A stretch of DNA of 64,000 nucleotides. Source: the human T2T-CHM13v2.0 reference genome, Homo sapiens. The notes under the pieces are model-generated. The model saw only the letters and a program-made list of their open reading frames with translations. It did not search any database and had not been told where the DNA came from. Positions 1 to 14,944 of the stretch are shown here, piece by piece. The translations under genes were made by a program, and so were the position numbers. The stretch is taken from the NCBI RefSeq assembly GCF_009914755.1, contig NC_060939.1. The stretch is one strand, 5' to 3'. How positions within the stretch are numbered: position 1 is the first letter of the stretch; every line of letters starts with the position of its first letter.

Positions 1-180
1 TTATCTCTCTAGTCTCATCATTTACCATTCCCAACCTAGCTATGCTCCAGCCATTATGAATGACTGAAGCACCACACTTTCTTCTGTGCTTCTCTGGGTC
101 TTAGCAAGTGCCATTCTCTGAAACACTGTTAAAAACGTCCTACTCATATCTGCCAAATCGTAGCTTCATTGTAACTTAAA
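1..180 (+). mobile_element. L2 (LINE2) 3' region fragment
   Basis: tgctccagcc...cttagcaagtgccattctctg resembles the L2 3' region; highly diverged, edges approximate. Confidence 0.45.
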
Positions 181-231
181 AGTCATCTTTGATATTCGTT
201 ACTGGATTTATGTGCTCTTATAGAACTTTGT

Positions 232-526
232 TGTTGTTGTTTGAGACAGGGTGTTGCTCTGCTGCCCATGGGGGAGTGCATAGGCATGATCTCAGCTCAC
301 TGCAACCTCTGCCTCTCAGGTTCAAACAATACTTGTGCCTCAGCCTCCCAAGTAGCTGGGATTACAGGCCTGTACCCTCACACCTGGCTAATTTTTTGGT
401 ATGTTTAGGAGAGACAGGGTTTTGCCATGTTGCCCAGGGTGATCTCCAATTTCTGGCCTCAAGTGATCCACCCGCCTAAGCCTCCCAAAGTGATGGGAAT
501 ACAGGTGTGAGCCACCATTCCCCGCC
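232..526 (-). mobile_element. AluJ (full length)
   Basis: Reverse-strand Alu dimer with (TTG)n tail; TSD agaactttgt at 222-231 and 527-536. Confidence 0.93.
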
Positions 527-547
527 AGAACTTTGTATTTAACTTTT

Positions 548-1170
548 ATTCACTGATTGATTCAACAAATGTTTAACAGACAAAAATCTCTACTTCTACT
601 TCTAGGAATATTCTAGTTGGGGAAGAAAGTCATTAGCAATATGGTAGTATGTTAGATGGTCAGATGTAGTCCTTTATTACCCATAAGGACCACAAAGAAA
701 AATAGAGAAGGGGGCCTCTGGGCTGTGGAGGTAGAGGGAGATACAATTTTAAATAGCGTGGTAAGAGAAGGCCTTCTGAGAAGTTGACATTTGAGTAAAG
801 ACCTGAAGGAAGTGAGGAAAAAGTCATGCAACTATCTTGAGAAAGAACTTTCAGGCAGAGAGAAGAGTAAGTGCCAAGAGCCTAAGGCAGAAGAAAGCTG
901 ACATATCCGAAGAATGGCAAGGGCCATGAGGCTGGAGCAGAGTTAATGAGGAGAGAAAGTAGTGAGAGAATAGGTCATACATGCAAAGAGTCGGGCAAAT
1001 CTAGAGCTTTCTAGGTGATTGTAAGTACTTTAGCTTTACTCTGAATATGATGAGGAGTCACTGGAGGGTACTGAGTAGGGAAGTGATGTGATCTGACTTA
1101 TGGATTACTCTGGAGGTTGTATAAAGAGCAGACTGAAAGTAGCAAGGATGGAAGCAAGAAGACCTGTTAT
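548..1170 (-). mobile_element. L2a 3' portion
   Basis: ttcaacaaatgttt..., gacatttgagtaaagacctgaaggaagtgag, gaggctggagcagag and gtgatgtgatctgactt are typical antisense L2 motifs. Confidence 0.8.
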
Positions 1171-2067
1171 TGTACAGCTTATTATATTTTAACCACCTCT
1201 CTACTTGACTGAAGGCAGCTATTAGATTGAAGTGTCTTATGAGCAGGGTCTGACACACAGTTTAGGCATTCATATTGCTGGAGGAATGATCTACTTCCTA
1301 AGTTCTATTTTGAAAACAGTTTTTAGGAATGCAGGAATGTGCGCTAATGAGAACATACTGCATAATACCGTTACGCCTTTTAGTGGAGAGATGAAATATC
1401 CCTCCAAAGTATTAATAACAGGCAGAATATATCACAATAAAATATTCATCCATCAACTAAATTATCTATTTGTTGCAACTTATCCTTATCTTTTAATGAC
1501 CACATGACTCCTTGGTTTTCAATGAGCAGATGAATCCAGCTATCAGGCATCCAATTTACTTTTTGATTATTGTACCCTTTTGAAAGAGTAGTGTGCACAG
1601 TCACCCTGTAAACCATGTTCTGAACCTTTCAAGCCTAAATTATCTAAATGTGGTCTGAGAACGAGAAAAATTTAAAGGCATCATGTACTGGCCTCCACTG
1701 TCCCAAATATCTGTTCCAGAGGCACTATGGGAAATTTATTAACCTCTTTGTGGTCACACTTAGGAGGGTCTTGTTCTTCCTATGGTTTTTCCAAACAACT
1801 GAATTTGATGATTGTGTATCTGCACAGTTTCTGAGTTTGCACCAGGGAAATGAGAGAACATCTGTTTCCTGTGAATGAGCTATGTCTCTGGAAATTATCA
1901 CCATCATATATTAATTATGTACAGCACCATGGTTCACAAAACAATTTACAGTGCTGAGGAAGGAAAAAGCGAAAGGAAAGGAAGAGAGAGACAGAGGGAG
2001 GGAAGTACGTAGAGATTTTACAAAATCCCCAAGACATATTTCTTATAATCAAAGAACTTTAAAGTTA

Positions 2068-2188
2068 TGTTTGTGTGTATGTGTATATGTAATATATATG
2101 TATATATGTATGTATACATATATATGTATATACAGGTATATATGTGTATATATACGTATATATGAATATACACGTGTATATATATATA
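2068..2188. repeat. (TG/TA)n low-complexity microsatellite
   Basis: gtgtgtatgtgtatatgtaatatatatgtatatatg... seen directly. Confidence 0.9.
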
Positions 2189-2699
2189 ATCCAAACCACA
2201 AAGAGATTAAAAATAAGTTAAAAAACAGTTCTTGATTATATTGATAAAAACAATTATCTAATTGAATATAACAAAAATTTAGGGCAGAAGCCTGTGAATC
2301 TCGAATAAAAAAGTTGATTATAAATCAGTTAACCTCCAAGAATACTGGTACTTCTTATGAATATATATTAGCAAAAGTTGAGGACATAAAGGTCCTGAAG
2401 TCAAACCTGCTACAAGCATCTACTAAAGCTGGAAAAGGAAATCAGAAAATCAAACCACTTGGGAACAGATGCTTGTTTTCTTTATCAGTCTGGAAAAACA
2501 CTCCCTACAAAAACGTATCTGAGACTGAAACATAACTCCTGGTTGTGGCTTCTGAGTATGTGTGAAGACAGTCTCAGTGCTCTCTCCTGAGGAAACTGGG
2601 GACAGTTACATCTTGATGGCTGCTCAAGCAAGAGGCAGCAAGATAGAATACCAACTTGCTTTAGTTGGTACATCCTAGTAATTAACTGGCGACAAGCTA

Positions 2700-2880
2700 C
2701 CTGTTTTCAAATCATGGTTTACCACTTATTTGCTATGGGAGTGTGGACATGTGCCTCAGTTTCCTCATTTGTAAAATGAGCATAAGAAAAACAAAAGGGA
2801 TGATGTGAGGATTAAATGTGTAAATATATGTTAAAAAAAAAAAGAATGGTACTTGGCACACAGTGTTAATTATGATTATT
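2700..2880 (+). mobile_element. MIR
   Basis: MIR core gtgcctcagtttcctcatttgtaaaatgag...gtgaggattaaatg...cttggcacacagt. Confidence 0.85.
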
Positions 2881-3258
2881 AGCCTGCACCTACTTAATGA
2901 AATTGCCCAGAGATATTTTATTTCCCAGTGTCTTCCGACTCTGAGTAAAGGTGGCCTTGAGCATCCTATGGAGAGTTAGTGGTCTACTGACCAGTCTTCA
3001 GTAAAGTCAATGAGTTGTATGACTGGGTTGTGTCCACATTGTTTCACTCAGCAGATTCCTTTGGCACCAGGGATTGGCAAAGAAGCTAAGATCATCAAAA
3101 TCCTGCTCTAGCAACAATACACATCTTCTCTGATAGAGATGATTAGAATATAAAGTCTCTCCTACTCCCCACCAGGTATCCTTGCTCTCATCTCAACTTT
3201 TTTTAAAAAATATTTTAAAATAGTAGACTTTATATATTTTTTCCCCTTCTTTTCACAG

Positions 3259-3450
3259 GTGTTGATCATCTCAACGCTTACTGGCCCATGGAAGAACCCT
3301 AAAACCTACTGCTTCACAGATAATGAACTTGAGGCTGAATAGTTTTGTCATTCCCCAAGGCACACATCCAGGCACATCTGGTGCAAGAAGCTGAGGCTTA
3401 TCATTTCTGTGGCAATGCTCTCCCTCATCACAGAGATGACTATGCTGATG
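3259..3450 (+). other. Candidate non-coding exon overlapping an antisense MIR fragment
   Basis: Acceptor ttttttccccttcttttcacag| (AG 3257-3258), donor ATG|gtaaga (GT 3451); 192 nt with stops in all 3 frames; no expression evidence. Confidence 0.3.
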
Positions 3451-3494
3451 GTAAGAATAAATATATAACTAATATTCAAACTCCTTTAACATTA

Positions 3495-3682
3495 CCCCTC
3501 CCCTCCCCTCCCCTTCCTTCCTTCCTTTCCTTCCTTCCCTTCCCTTCCTTTTGTTCGTTCATTCTTGAGTCAGGGTCTCGCTACATTGCCCAGGCTGGTG
3601 TCAAACTCCCGAGCTCAAATGATCCTCGTGCCTTGGCCTCCCAAAGTGCTGGGATTACAGGCGTGAACCACCATGCCAGGGC
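3495..3682 (-). mobile_element. FLAM_C Alu monomer with CT-rich tail
   Basis: Monomer 3563-3682 (cagggtctcgctacattgcccaggctgg...gggattacaggcgtgaaccacc) preceded by a (CCCTT/CCTT)n tract. Confidence 0.88.
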
Positions 3683-3829
3683 TACTTTCCTCTTTCTTTA
3701 CCATATTTTCTCTCATTCAAGTCTGCAGGCTAATGCTGACTTTTCACTCATCAATTTTTCTATCACTCATTAATTTTTTCAGAAAGTAATCTGAGGGCCT
3801 ATATTTCTCACTGCAATCTCTATGGCATT

Positions 3830-4420
3830 AAGGATTAAATTCATCATAAATTTTCTGAAGAAAATTCACCTTAAATGTGGTCTTGAAAATAGCATGCACA
3901 GATAGGCAGAGGAAATGAGGGAGTATTACAGAGGTAACATCACAGGGAAATATAGAAAAGATGGATGGTGCAGGCACAATGCAGAAGATGTCGCTTTGAT
4001 TAACAAGTGATGATGCCTTTGGGAGGTGGGAAGTGAGAGTAACAGCAAGGGAGGGCCATGAATGCTAGGGTTCTACAGCAGGAGAAAGATATCCTCAAAT
4101 AATTTAACACTTATTTAGCCCTACTATATGCAGAACACTGCTTTGCACTAGTGACACAGGGTTAAATAATTACCTTTTAGAAACTACAGTTTTGTAGGCA
4201 AAACAATAAGTAATTATATTATGCAGCAGAAATGATCAATTATTATGCAGCAATGATGTAGCTGGGCAAGGATGTTAAACAGTAAACTGGGAAAAGACTT
4301 CCTAAAGGTAGAGATTACTGAGATTAGTTTTGAAGAGTAAGTAGGGGCTGGCTTTGCGGAGTGGGTATTTCAGAAGAGGAAATGGCAGGTAGGCAGTAAA
4401 GAAGGAAGTGCACTGTTAAA
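3830..4420 (-). mobile_element. L2 fragments
   Basis: tttaacacttatttagccctactatatgcagaacactg and gaaaagacttcctaaagg...gagattagttttgaag resemble antisense L2. Confidence 0.55.
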
Positions 4421-4445
4421 AATCAAATACGTCAATATTTACATA

Positions 4446-4806
4446 CACTTCATGTGCCACATAACGATGTTTCAGTCAACAATTGGCAGCATATACAACT
4501 GTGGTCCCATAAAATTATAATAGTCTATTTTTACTGTATCTTTTCTATGTTTAGATATGTTTAAATACATGAATACTTACCATTGTGTTACAAATGCCTG
4601 TAGTATTCAGCATAGTATTCAGTACAGTAACATGCTGTACAGATTTGTACCCTAGGAGCAATAGAGTATACCATATAGCCTATGTGTGAAGCAGGCTATA
4701 CCATCAAGGTCTGTGTAAGTATACTCTATGATGTTTGCACAACGATGACGTTGCCTAAGGACACATTTCTCAGAATGTCTCCCTATTGTTGAGCAATGCA
4801 TGAGTG
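4446..4806 (+). mobile_element. Tigger3a (MER7A-type) non-autonomous TcMar-Tigger DNA transposon
   Basis: cacttcatgtgccacataacgatgtttcagtcaac...gcaatgcatgagtg, degenerate TIRs, TA at both ends (4444-4445, 4807-4808), ~360 bp. Confidence 0.88.
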
Positions 4807-6422
4807 TACATATGTATGATCTATGGACATATCTTAAGCAATATTAAAATTATTACACATTTCCTTCACTCTTGCTCAGTAAATAATTGAGTAAATGCCT
4901 GAAATTGAAACAGTCTTTAACTGGCTGTAATAGTTGACATGACCACTGTGCAAGTAAAGGGCTACTCCTCCTCTGTCTATCTATCAGCACACTTTTCTGA
5001 TCTAACTTGGTCAGAAGATGCTAGGAAAGAATATCACCACAGAAAACACATTCTACAATGTGAGTTTCCACATTTCACTTTCAGAAGAGGATTATTAACC
5101 AAATTAGTAAAATTACCATTTCCATTGCTGGAATAGTTTCTTCTCATCCTTCAGCCACTATGATTGTAAAATATATTTTTTTGAAAAGATTAATTCAGAG
5201 CAATATATAGCAACTAGTATAAAAATTCTATGCTATTCATCTTCTCATGCTGCAATTGGTCACTATAGTGAGCAGGCCTGACAGTTTGCAGATTAAAATG
5301 TAAACACTGGGCTTGACTCAGTTATGTTGAGGCCAGCCATTTCTGACAGTCTCTACAATGTGATAAACACCGTCTGTCTACAGTTCCCCTGTATTTGAAA
5401 GTTACGACAAACATTGTGCTGAAATGTAAACAACTGACATCATGACTAGTGAAGCAGTGGGCTGCAAATTTATCTAAAATCAAGAAAACAAAGATCTTGT
5501 TTGACACTAGATAAACCATTAGTGGTCACCAAGGGAGCAGCTTTGGGAGGTCATAAGTGTTGTCATCAGTCTTCAAAAAATATGCACCAAAGATACGGTC
5601 ACAATTTAGTTGAGGCAAGAGTAAGTAATATGAGAGGCAAAAGGATTAGAAGCCAGTAGAAAAAGGGTAACATTTTCTCTCTAAAGGACAGTTTTAAATT
5701 AGAGCACAAATAGAAATCTGTTAACTTTAGTTTCTGGTTTTTCAGTGATTTTACGTGAAAGGGCATGGAATAAAATTTGTAATTATAATTTTCTATAAAA
5801 TGTAATGAATCCCATTCTTTCATTTCCTCTATTCTATGGGAGATAATTGCTATTGCTCCTTGGTAGAGCTTTCCTGAAAAGTTATAAAAGTCCGATAGGA
5901 TGAATAGTTCTCTTGAAAACTTCAAGATATCTTTTAAATTAAGAGGACATTACAAATCAAACTCTATTATAATTACAAATTATAAGGTTAAATTCAATTA
6001 TATTTATAAATTACAAGGTTATAATATTGCTGATTTTTTATGTTTGTTTATAAATGTTTATAATTCCTACATCTTTATTCCTGGGCTAAGAGCTTAATGA
6101 TGACTTTTAACATAAAGAACAAATATATTTTTATTTCTAAACAATTAAAAATGTTTAAAAATGGAATGGAGGTCACTGCAAAACATGGTAATAAATCTAT
6201 TAAAAGTCAGAGTCCAAAACAAATGTATACCTTAACGTATACAGAAACATAGGGCTTAACTTGGGCCACAAAAGCATGCTGGAGTTAGACACACTCAGTG
6301 GGTCTATAGAAATGAATTTAACATTTATGATTACAGACTGATAATTTTTCATGCCCATGACACAATTTCATGCCCATGACACATTATCATCCTCTGCTAA
6401 GAGTATAAGAAATTCTAATTTT

Positions 6423-6843
<421 letters not shown>

Positions 6844-7009
6844 CTACAGGTATTGCTGGCCTACAGAAATGCACCAAGATTTCACTAATGAAATCTTTTC
6901 ATTCAGGCTCTAGGTTCTGCATAGTCTATATGGGCTAAAGGAGTCTTGTTAAGGTAGATCAGTTACTTATAAAGTGGTCATCAGTTTATGAATCATCTCA
7001 GAAATACAG

Positions 7010-7170
7010 GTATGACAGAAGAGTCACGAGATTTGGGTTCTGGTCTCAGTAGTCATAGGGTCTTAGGAAGGTCTTCCAACTTTGTGGGCCTGTATTATCC
7101 CATTTGCTTAAATGAGAGAGTTGACTTAATAACTGTTCATGTTACTTAAATTTTAACATTCTATGGTTTT
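7010..7170 (+). mobile_element. MIR3/MIRc fragment
   Basis: gagatttgggttctggtctcag...aaatgagagagttgac...ttaacattctatg. Confidence 0.6.
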
Positions 7171-7397
7171 CTTCCAGTAATTTGTAGGCTCAACATACAC
7201 TTACTGAGTAAAATTTTAAAACCATTCTGAAAGTATATGTCTTGAAAGGAAAATACATTTCATATCTTACAGAGACTACTTCTATATTTTGCAAGAATGT
7301 TTTAACTTCTTGTGTAAATATATGATGCTGAAATACTGAATATCTCATGTATGCAATAAACTTATAATGTCCAATAAAAATGTTTAAAAATATTTTT

Positions 7398-7518
7398 GGC
7401 CAAGTGCAGTGGTGTGTGCCACTCAGCTACTCAGGAGGCTGAGGCAGGAGGCTCACTTCAGCTCAAGAGTTCACATCCAGTCTGGGCAACATAGAGAGAC
7501 CTTGTCTTTAAAAAAAAC
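7398..7518 (+). mobile_element. FLAM_A Alu monomer
   Basis: ggccaagtgcagtgg...cagctactcaggaggctgaggcaggagg...gggcaacatagagagacc plus A tail. Confidence 0.85.
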
Positions 7519-7556
7519 ACCCAGTATTAAAATAATAAAAATTGGGAAAAAAACCA

Positions 7557-9922
<2,366 letters not shown>

Positions 9923-10014
9923 AGTAAAATGCTTTATCGATCATGCCTAGTTTTAGCAAGGATATGTAGAAATGGAACCTGGCAAATTATGATGGGCATA
10001 TACAATGGTATAGA

Positions 10015-10688
10015 CAGTTATTTGATCTCCACGTCAGCCAAAATGTTGAATTAAGGGACACTTTCCATTCCTCCGAAAAACATGAAGACTGATGCCTGCA
10101 TCCTAGTGAATGGTCCTGCCTCTAAATGTTATGCTAATCATAAGTAGGTCCTATCTGTTCCTACAGTCATATAAACAAGTTTATATGAATCAACTCTACA
10201 ATAATTATGTAACTTAACTAAATGCCAAGTAAACTAATGTTGTAAGTAAAAAAAAAAAAAGTTTCAACTAAAAAACTAAGCTGAATGTTTTTGAAAGATT
10301 CAATAATAGCAATTGCTATACAAAACTGCAAGCAAATTAGCTGTAGAAAAAACAAGTAAAAGGACTAAGGGGAAAATGTAAAGTTCTAGAGGATTGATAA
10401 CTAGATTATTTTATGTGCTTGCTTCACTTACAAAAACCTCAAAGTGGAATTTGTAGACAATGTATTATAGGTACGTTTTGTGCAAGTAAACCTAAATAGA
10501 ACTCCCAAGAAGAGAATCATTCACAAAGAAAAGCCTGGCTCCTACATCAGAATATTGGGGAAGAAATTTACACTTAAAATGTTTTAAGTTAAAACACTTA
10601 AGGTATTTAGTAATCATATATTATGATTTACTTGGTTTGGGTTTTGGGCTTAACCAACCAACTCCTGATCCAAATTATTTTGGCTACT
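10015..10688 (+). mobile_element. Tigger13a-like DNA transposon fossil
   Basis: aactaagctgaatgtttttgaaagattcaataa...gtagacaatgtattata...aaagaaaagcctggctcctacatca matches the recalled Tigger13a internal (CENP-B-like N-terminal) sequence. Confidence 0.7.
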
Positions 10689-10725
10689 TTTTAACACATC
10701 TGAAGTTTCTTAAAATCAAAATTTC

Positions 10726-11025
10726 TTTTTTTTTTTTTTTTTTTTGAGACGGAGTCTCACTGTCTCCCAGGCTGGAGTGCTGTGGCATGATCTTGGCTCA
10801 CTACAGGCTCCGCCCCTTGGGGTTCATGCCATTCTCCTGCCTCAGCCTCCCGAGTAGCTGGGACTACAGGCGCCCGCCACCTCACCCAGCTAATTTTTTG
10901 TATTTTTAGTAGAGACGGGGTTTCACCGTGTTAGCCAGGATGGTCTCGATCTCCTGACCTCGTGATCTGCCCGCCTCGGCCTTCCAAAGTGCTGGGATTA
11001 CAGGCGTGAGCCACTGCGCCTGGCC
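10726..11025 (-). mobile_element. AluY variant (Ye5-like diagnostics)
   Basis: AluY core plus caggctccgccccttgggg and gccacctcac; 15-bp TSD taaaatcaaaatttc (10711-10725, 11026-11040). Confidence 0.95.
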
Positions 11026-11040
11026 TAAAATCAAAATTTC

Positions 11041-11920
11041 AATTCCACATTCAGTAAATCTATCCTGGAAAATAAGTCCAAGTCCATAATGGTATATGTA
11101 AAGGGATGCCTACTGAAACACTGAAACAGCAAAATCTCTGAAAACAATTCAAACAAATGTCAATCAATAGGGAAACAGTTAAATAAGTTATTGGTACAAC
11201 TATTCCATGGAATACTATTCAGTCTTTAAAAATAATTCCCAGGGTGAAGTAAAAGAAGAATTTCTTTTTCACTGCATTTTCTTTTGGATGGTTTAATTTT
11301 TAAAAAACCATGTGTGGCCATGTTTTTTAAATTAAAAAATAAATCATGAAGTGGGAGGATTGCTTGAAGCTAGGTGTTCAAGACCAGCCTGGGCAACATA
11401 GCAAGACCCTGTCTCTACAAAAAAATAAAAATATTAGATGGGTATGGTGATGCATGCCTGTAGTCCTAGCTACTCAGGAGGCTGAGGCAGGAGAATTGCT
11501 TGAGCCCAGGAGTTCAAGGCTGCAGTGAGGTATGTTGTGCCACTGTGCTCCAGCCTGGGCAACAAACCAAGACCCTGTCTCTAAAAAAATTTTCTTTTAA
11601 AAATCCAGCTAATCAAAAAAGGATTAGGTAGATCTTCATGTGTTGACATGAGATGTTCATATATACTGCTTAGTGAAAAGAAAAAACTATATATACACGT
11701 CTATATTTTTATTTTTTTAATAAAAATATATGAGTGTATATGTATATTTACAGAAATATGCATAGAAAAAGTCTGGAAGAATACATTGTAAGCTGTTAAA
11801 ATTGTTATGTCTGAGGAGAGAAAAATGAAAGGGTTTTTAACTTATTCTATTTACACATTTCTGTATTGTCTAGTTTTTTTTTACAATGAACATGTATTAT
11901 AGTAATAATAATTATTATTT
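11041..11920 (+). mobile_element. Ancient L1ME 3' fragments (interrupted by AluJ)
   Basis: aaatgtcaatcaataggg...aaataag...atggaatactattcag; gaaaaagtctggaagaataca. Confidence 0.65.
11347..11589 (+). mobile_element. AluJ (5'-truncated)
   Basis: gggaggattgcttgaagc...gggcaacatagcaagaccc...gagcccaggagttcaaggctgcagtgag (J diagnostics). Confidence 0.9.
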
Positions 11921-12021
11921 TCAAAGGGCCTTGTAAACCTAAATGTAAAATACCGGATTAGCCCAATAAATTATAGTATCCTTATGATAGAATATCATGT
12001 GGTTCTGAAAGTCATGTTTGT

Positions 12022-12318
12022 GGCTGGGTGCAGTGGCTCACACCTGTAATCCCAGGACTTTGGGAGGCTGAGGCGGTTAGATCATGAGGTCAGGAGTTCA
12101 AGACCAGCCTGACCAAGATGATGAAACCCCATCTCTAATAAAAATACAAAAATTAGCCGGGCATGGTGATGGGCGCCTGTAATCCCAGCTACTCAGGAGG
12201 CTGAGGCAGAGAATTCCTTGAACCCGGGAGGCGGAGGTTGCAGTGAGCCGAGATCATGCCACTGCATTCCAGCCTGAATGACAGGGCAAGACTCCGTCTC
12301 AAAAAAAGAAAAAAAAAA
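12022..12318 (+). mobile_element. AluSg (Sg4-like)
   Basis: gatcatgaggtcaggagttc, ccaagatg, ggcagagaatt; TSD catgtttgtg on both sides. Confidence 0.93.
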
Positions 12319-13299
12319 CCATGTTTGTGAGGAATGATGAGGAAATGTTTATAAGTTATGCATGGTATAACACGTATTAATAGAAAAATAAAATGTTTTA
12401 TTAAAAATATATATATCTAAATATACACATATACCTTTGAAATATTTGTAGCTGCAATTTAAAAAGTCTTAAGTGGAAATAAGCTGCTCTAATCAACTTT
12501 ATATTTTCTGAGGACAATTCAGCATCTATCCTAGGCCATTAGCTGAGGAAAATCAATGCAACCAATTCAAACATATTGGAGACTTGTATGGATTTGCTTC
12601 TTCTACCCTTCCCCCCACACGATGGTATAGTTTTGTTCTCTTTAGGGGAATTCAATTAACAGTATTAGTCTCTTACTCTGTCGGTGATGGACATCATCGA
12701 GATTTTCCTCACCACCCAAAGACATGTAAGATGGGCTTACGGATTCCTTGACTTGCTAGTTAACAGGAGAATTACTGCCCACTTCTATAAATGACTCTAT
12801 ATGCTTCTTGTCATAAACACAGCGACAGCTCCTGAAATCAATCTTTCATGACCTTATTGATTAGGACACTTAGAAATAATGAGACTTCACTGGTGGCAGA
12901 GTAATGCCTAGAAAAAGAAAAAAATACTCCAATGAGGGCTTGCCTATTAACACTGCCAAATTTATCTTCCCATGGCCCTTTTCCTATTACAGACACTTAC
13001 CTAGAAACATATATGATAAAAAGTTAATAATCAATTTTGTAGATCATGTGCTTATAAAAAATACTTGCTTGTAACATTTTTTAAATTAACAAAATAAATT
13101 GATTTGAAAACAATTTTTGATCTTCCTAAACTGTCAGATCAGAATATAATTTCTAAATGAGGGGAACCTGAGTTTTTCTGAGAATAACTATAAGATAAAA
13201 GCTATTTCAGAAAAATCTGGACATTCTAAAAGGAGAAGCATTGAAAACTGTTCTACTCATCTGACTATTTTCTGCTTATATGACCATATCAAATAATTT

Positions 13300-13422
13300 T
13301 AAAACTAGACAAAACCCTAGATCTAATTCAATCTACTTCTCATATTATAGATAAATTGCAGCCCAGAGAAGGGAAATGACTTGCCAAGTGTTATCAGGGC
13401 TGGGATTAGAATCCACAACTCT
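13300..13422 (-). mobile_element. MIR (interrupted by Alu)
   Basis: cttctcatattatagataaattgcagcccagagaagggaaatgacttgccaag. Confidence 0.75.
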
Positions 13423-13767
<345 letters not shown>

Positions 13768-14549
13768 AGAATCCACAACCCCTACACAAGTTTTGGGATA
13801 AGATGATTTTACAACCTTCCTTAAAAAGAGAGGTGTAGGTACAGCTTAGCTTATTAAAGAAAAAGGAAGACTATATAAGAAGAATTTTGCTTTTTTTACT
13901 CTTTATATAAGTCTTGGGGTAGCTAAGTCATGGTTATGAAACACAACTGTGTTTTACTTGAAACATAAACTTATAGACATCATGTGCACCCTTTGTACGG
14001 TGCCAAGTATGTTACACGTGCTTGATTAATACAGGCATACCTCTGCAGAAAGTTTCCATGCTTAATATTTTCCTCGTAAAATGCCTCTTGGTTTTTAATA
14101 CTCAAACTTTATAGGACATACTTAGTTCTCAATACAAAGTTTTTCAGTTGTTTAGTATACAGAAAAATATATATATACCCCAAACTCAGTACATTTTTTT
14201 AATTTTTAAAAATAATTATGGGTACATAATAGTTGTATATCTCCATAGATTTTAAATAGTATGTATGTTGAATTACATTTCTAATACAGTTTGTAGAATG
14301 TCACAATCACATGTAGACATTTTGAAAAAATGCATTGAGTGTCAACAAAGGGGAGGTGTAATATGTTACTGCATGCAAAGGAAACCATTCGCAACTATAT
14401 GAATTATTTTGATGCTTTAAGCATTTTATATCCTAATATGTATGCTTATTACTTACATATGCATTTTACTGTGTTTTAGTACAGTTTATACAGTTTAGGA
14501 AATTGGTTGTAGGTTTAAGGTTGACATGTAATGCAGTTTTTTCTTATTT

Positions 14550-14910
14550 AAAATACAGGAAGTAGACTCTCAATTAGAATTCTCACACAGAATGGATTCA
14601 TTTCAGCAATGAATTACTGATGGTAAGAGAAAGATTTTAAGTGTACACTCCGTGGTTTCAAACTGCTGGGCATAGCACTGTGGTTTGCACTGTGGACAGA
14701 AGCTGCATGTTACCCCTAACTCCTACCAATGCTGAAATCTGGAAACTAGATATATCTGCTACCCTTACCAAAATGGATTTTTTTGCAGTGCTTTTCTTCC
14801 TTACCTCCCTAGACTCTGATACAAAATCTGGCATGGATGCTTCAAAGTGGAGGAACCTATATCATATGCCTGTGCCACAGCTGCAAGATAGGTTGGAAAT
14901 AAGGTAGGGA
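14550..14910 (-). mobile_element. Old MLT1-type (MaLR) LTR fragment
   Basis: ggatgcttcaaagtggaggaacctatatcatatgcctgtgccacagctgcaagataggttggaaa resembles antisense MLT1J/K. Confidence 0.55.
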
Positions 14911-14944
14911 ATTCCCTAATGCCATGAATGCTGTGACCTCCAAC

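Noticed and set aside
5599-5925. 108-aa minus ORF with an internal acceptor at 5874-5875
   Set aside because: Weak donor (CAC|gtaaaa), AT-biased composition, peptide not recognised.
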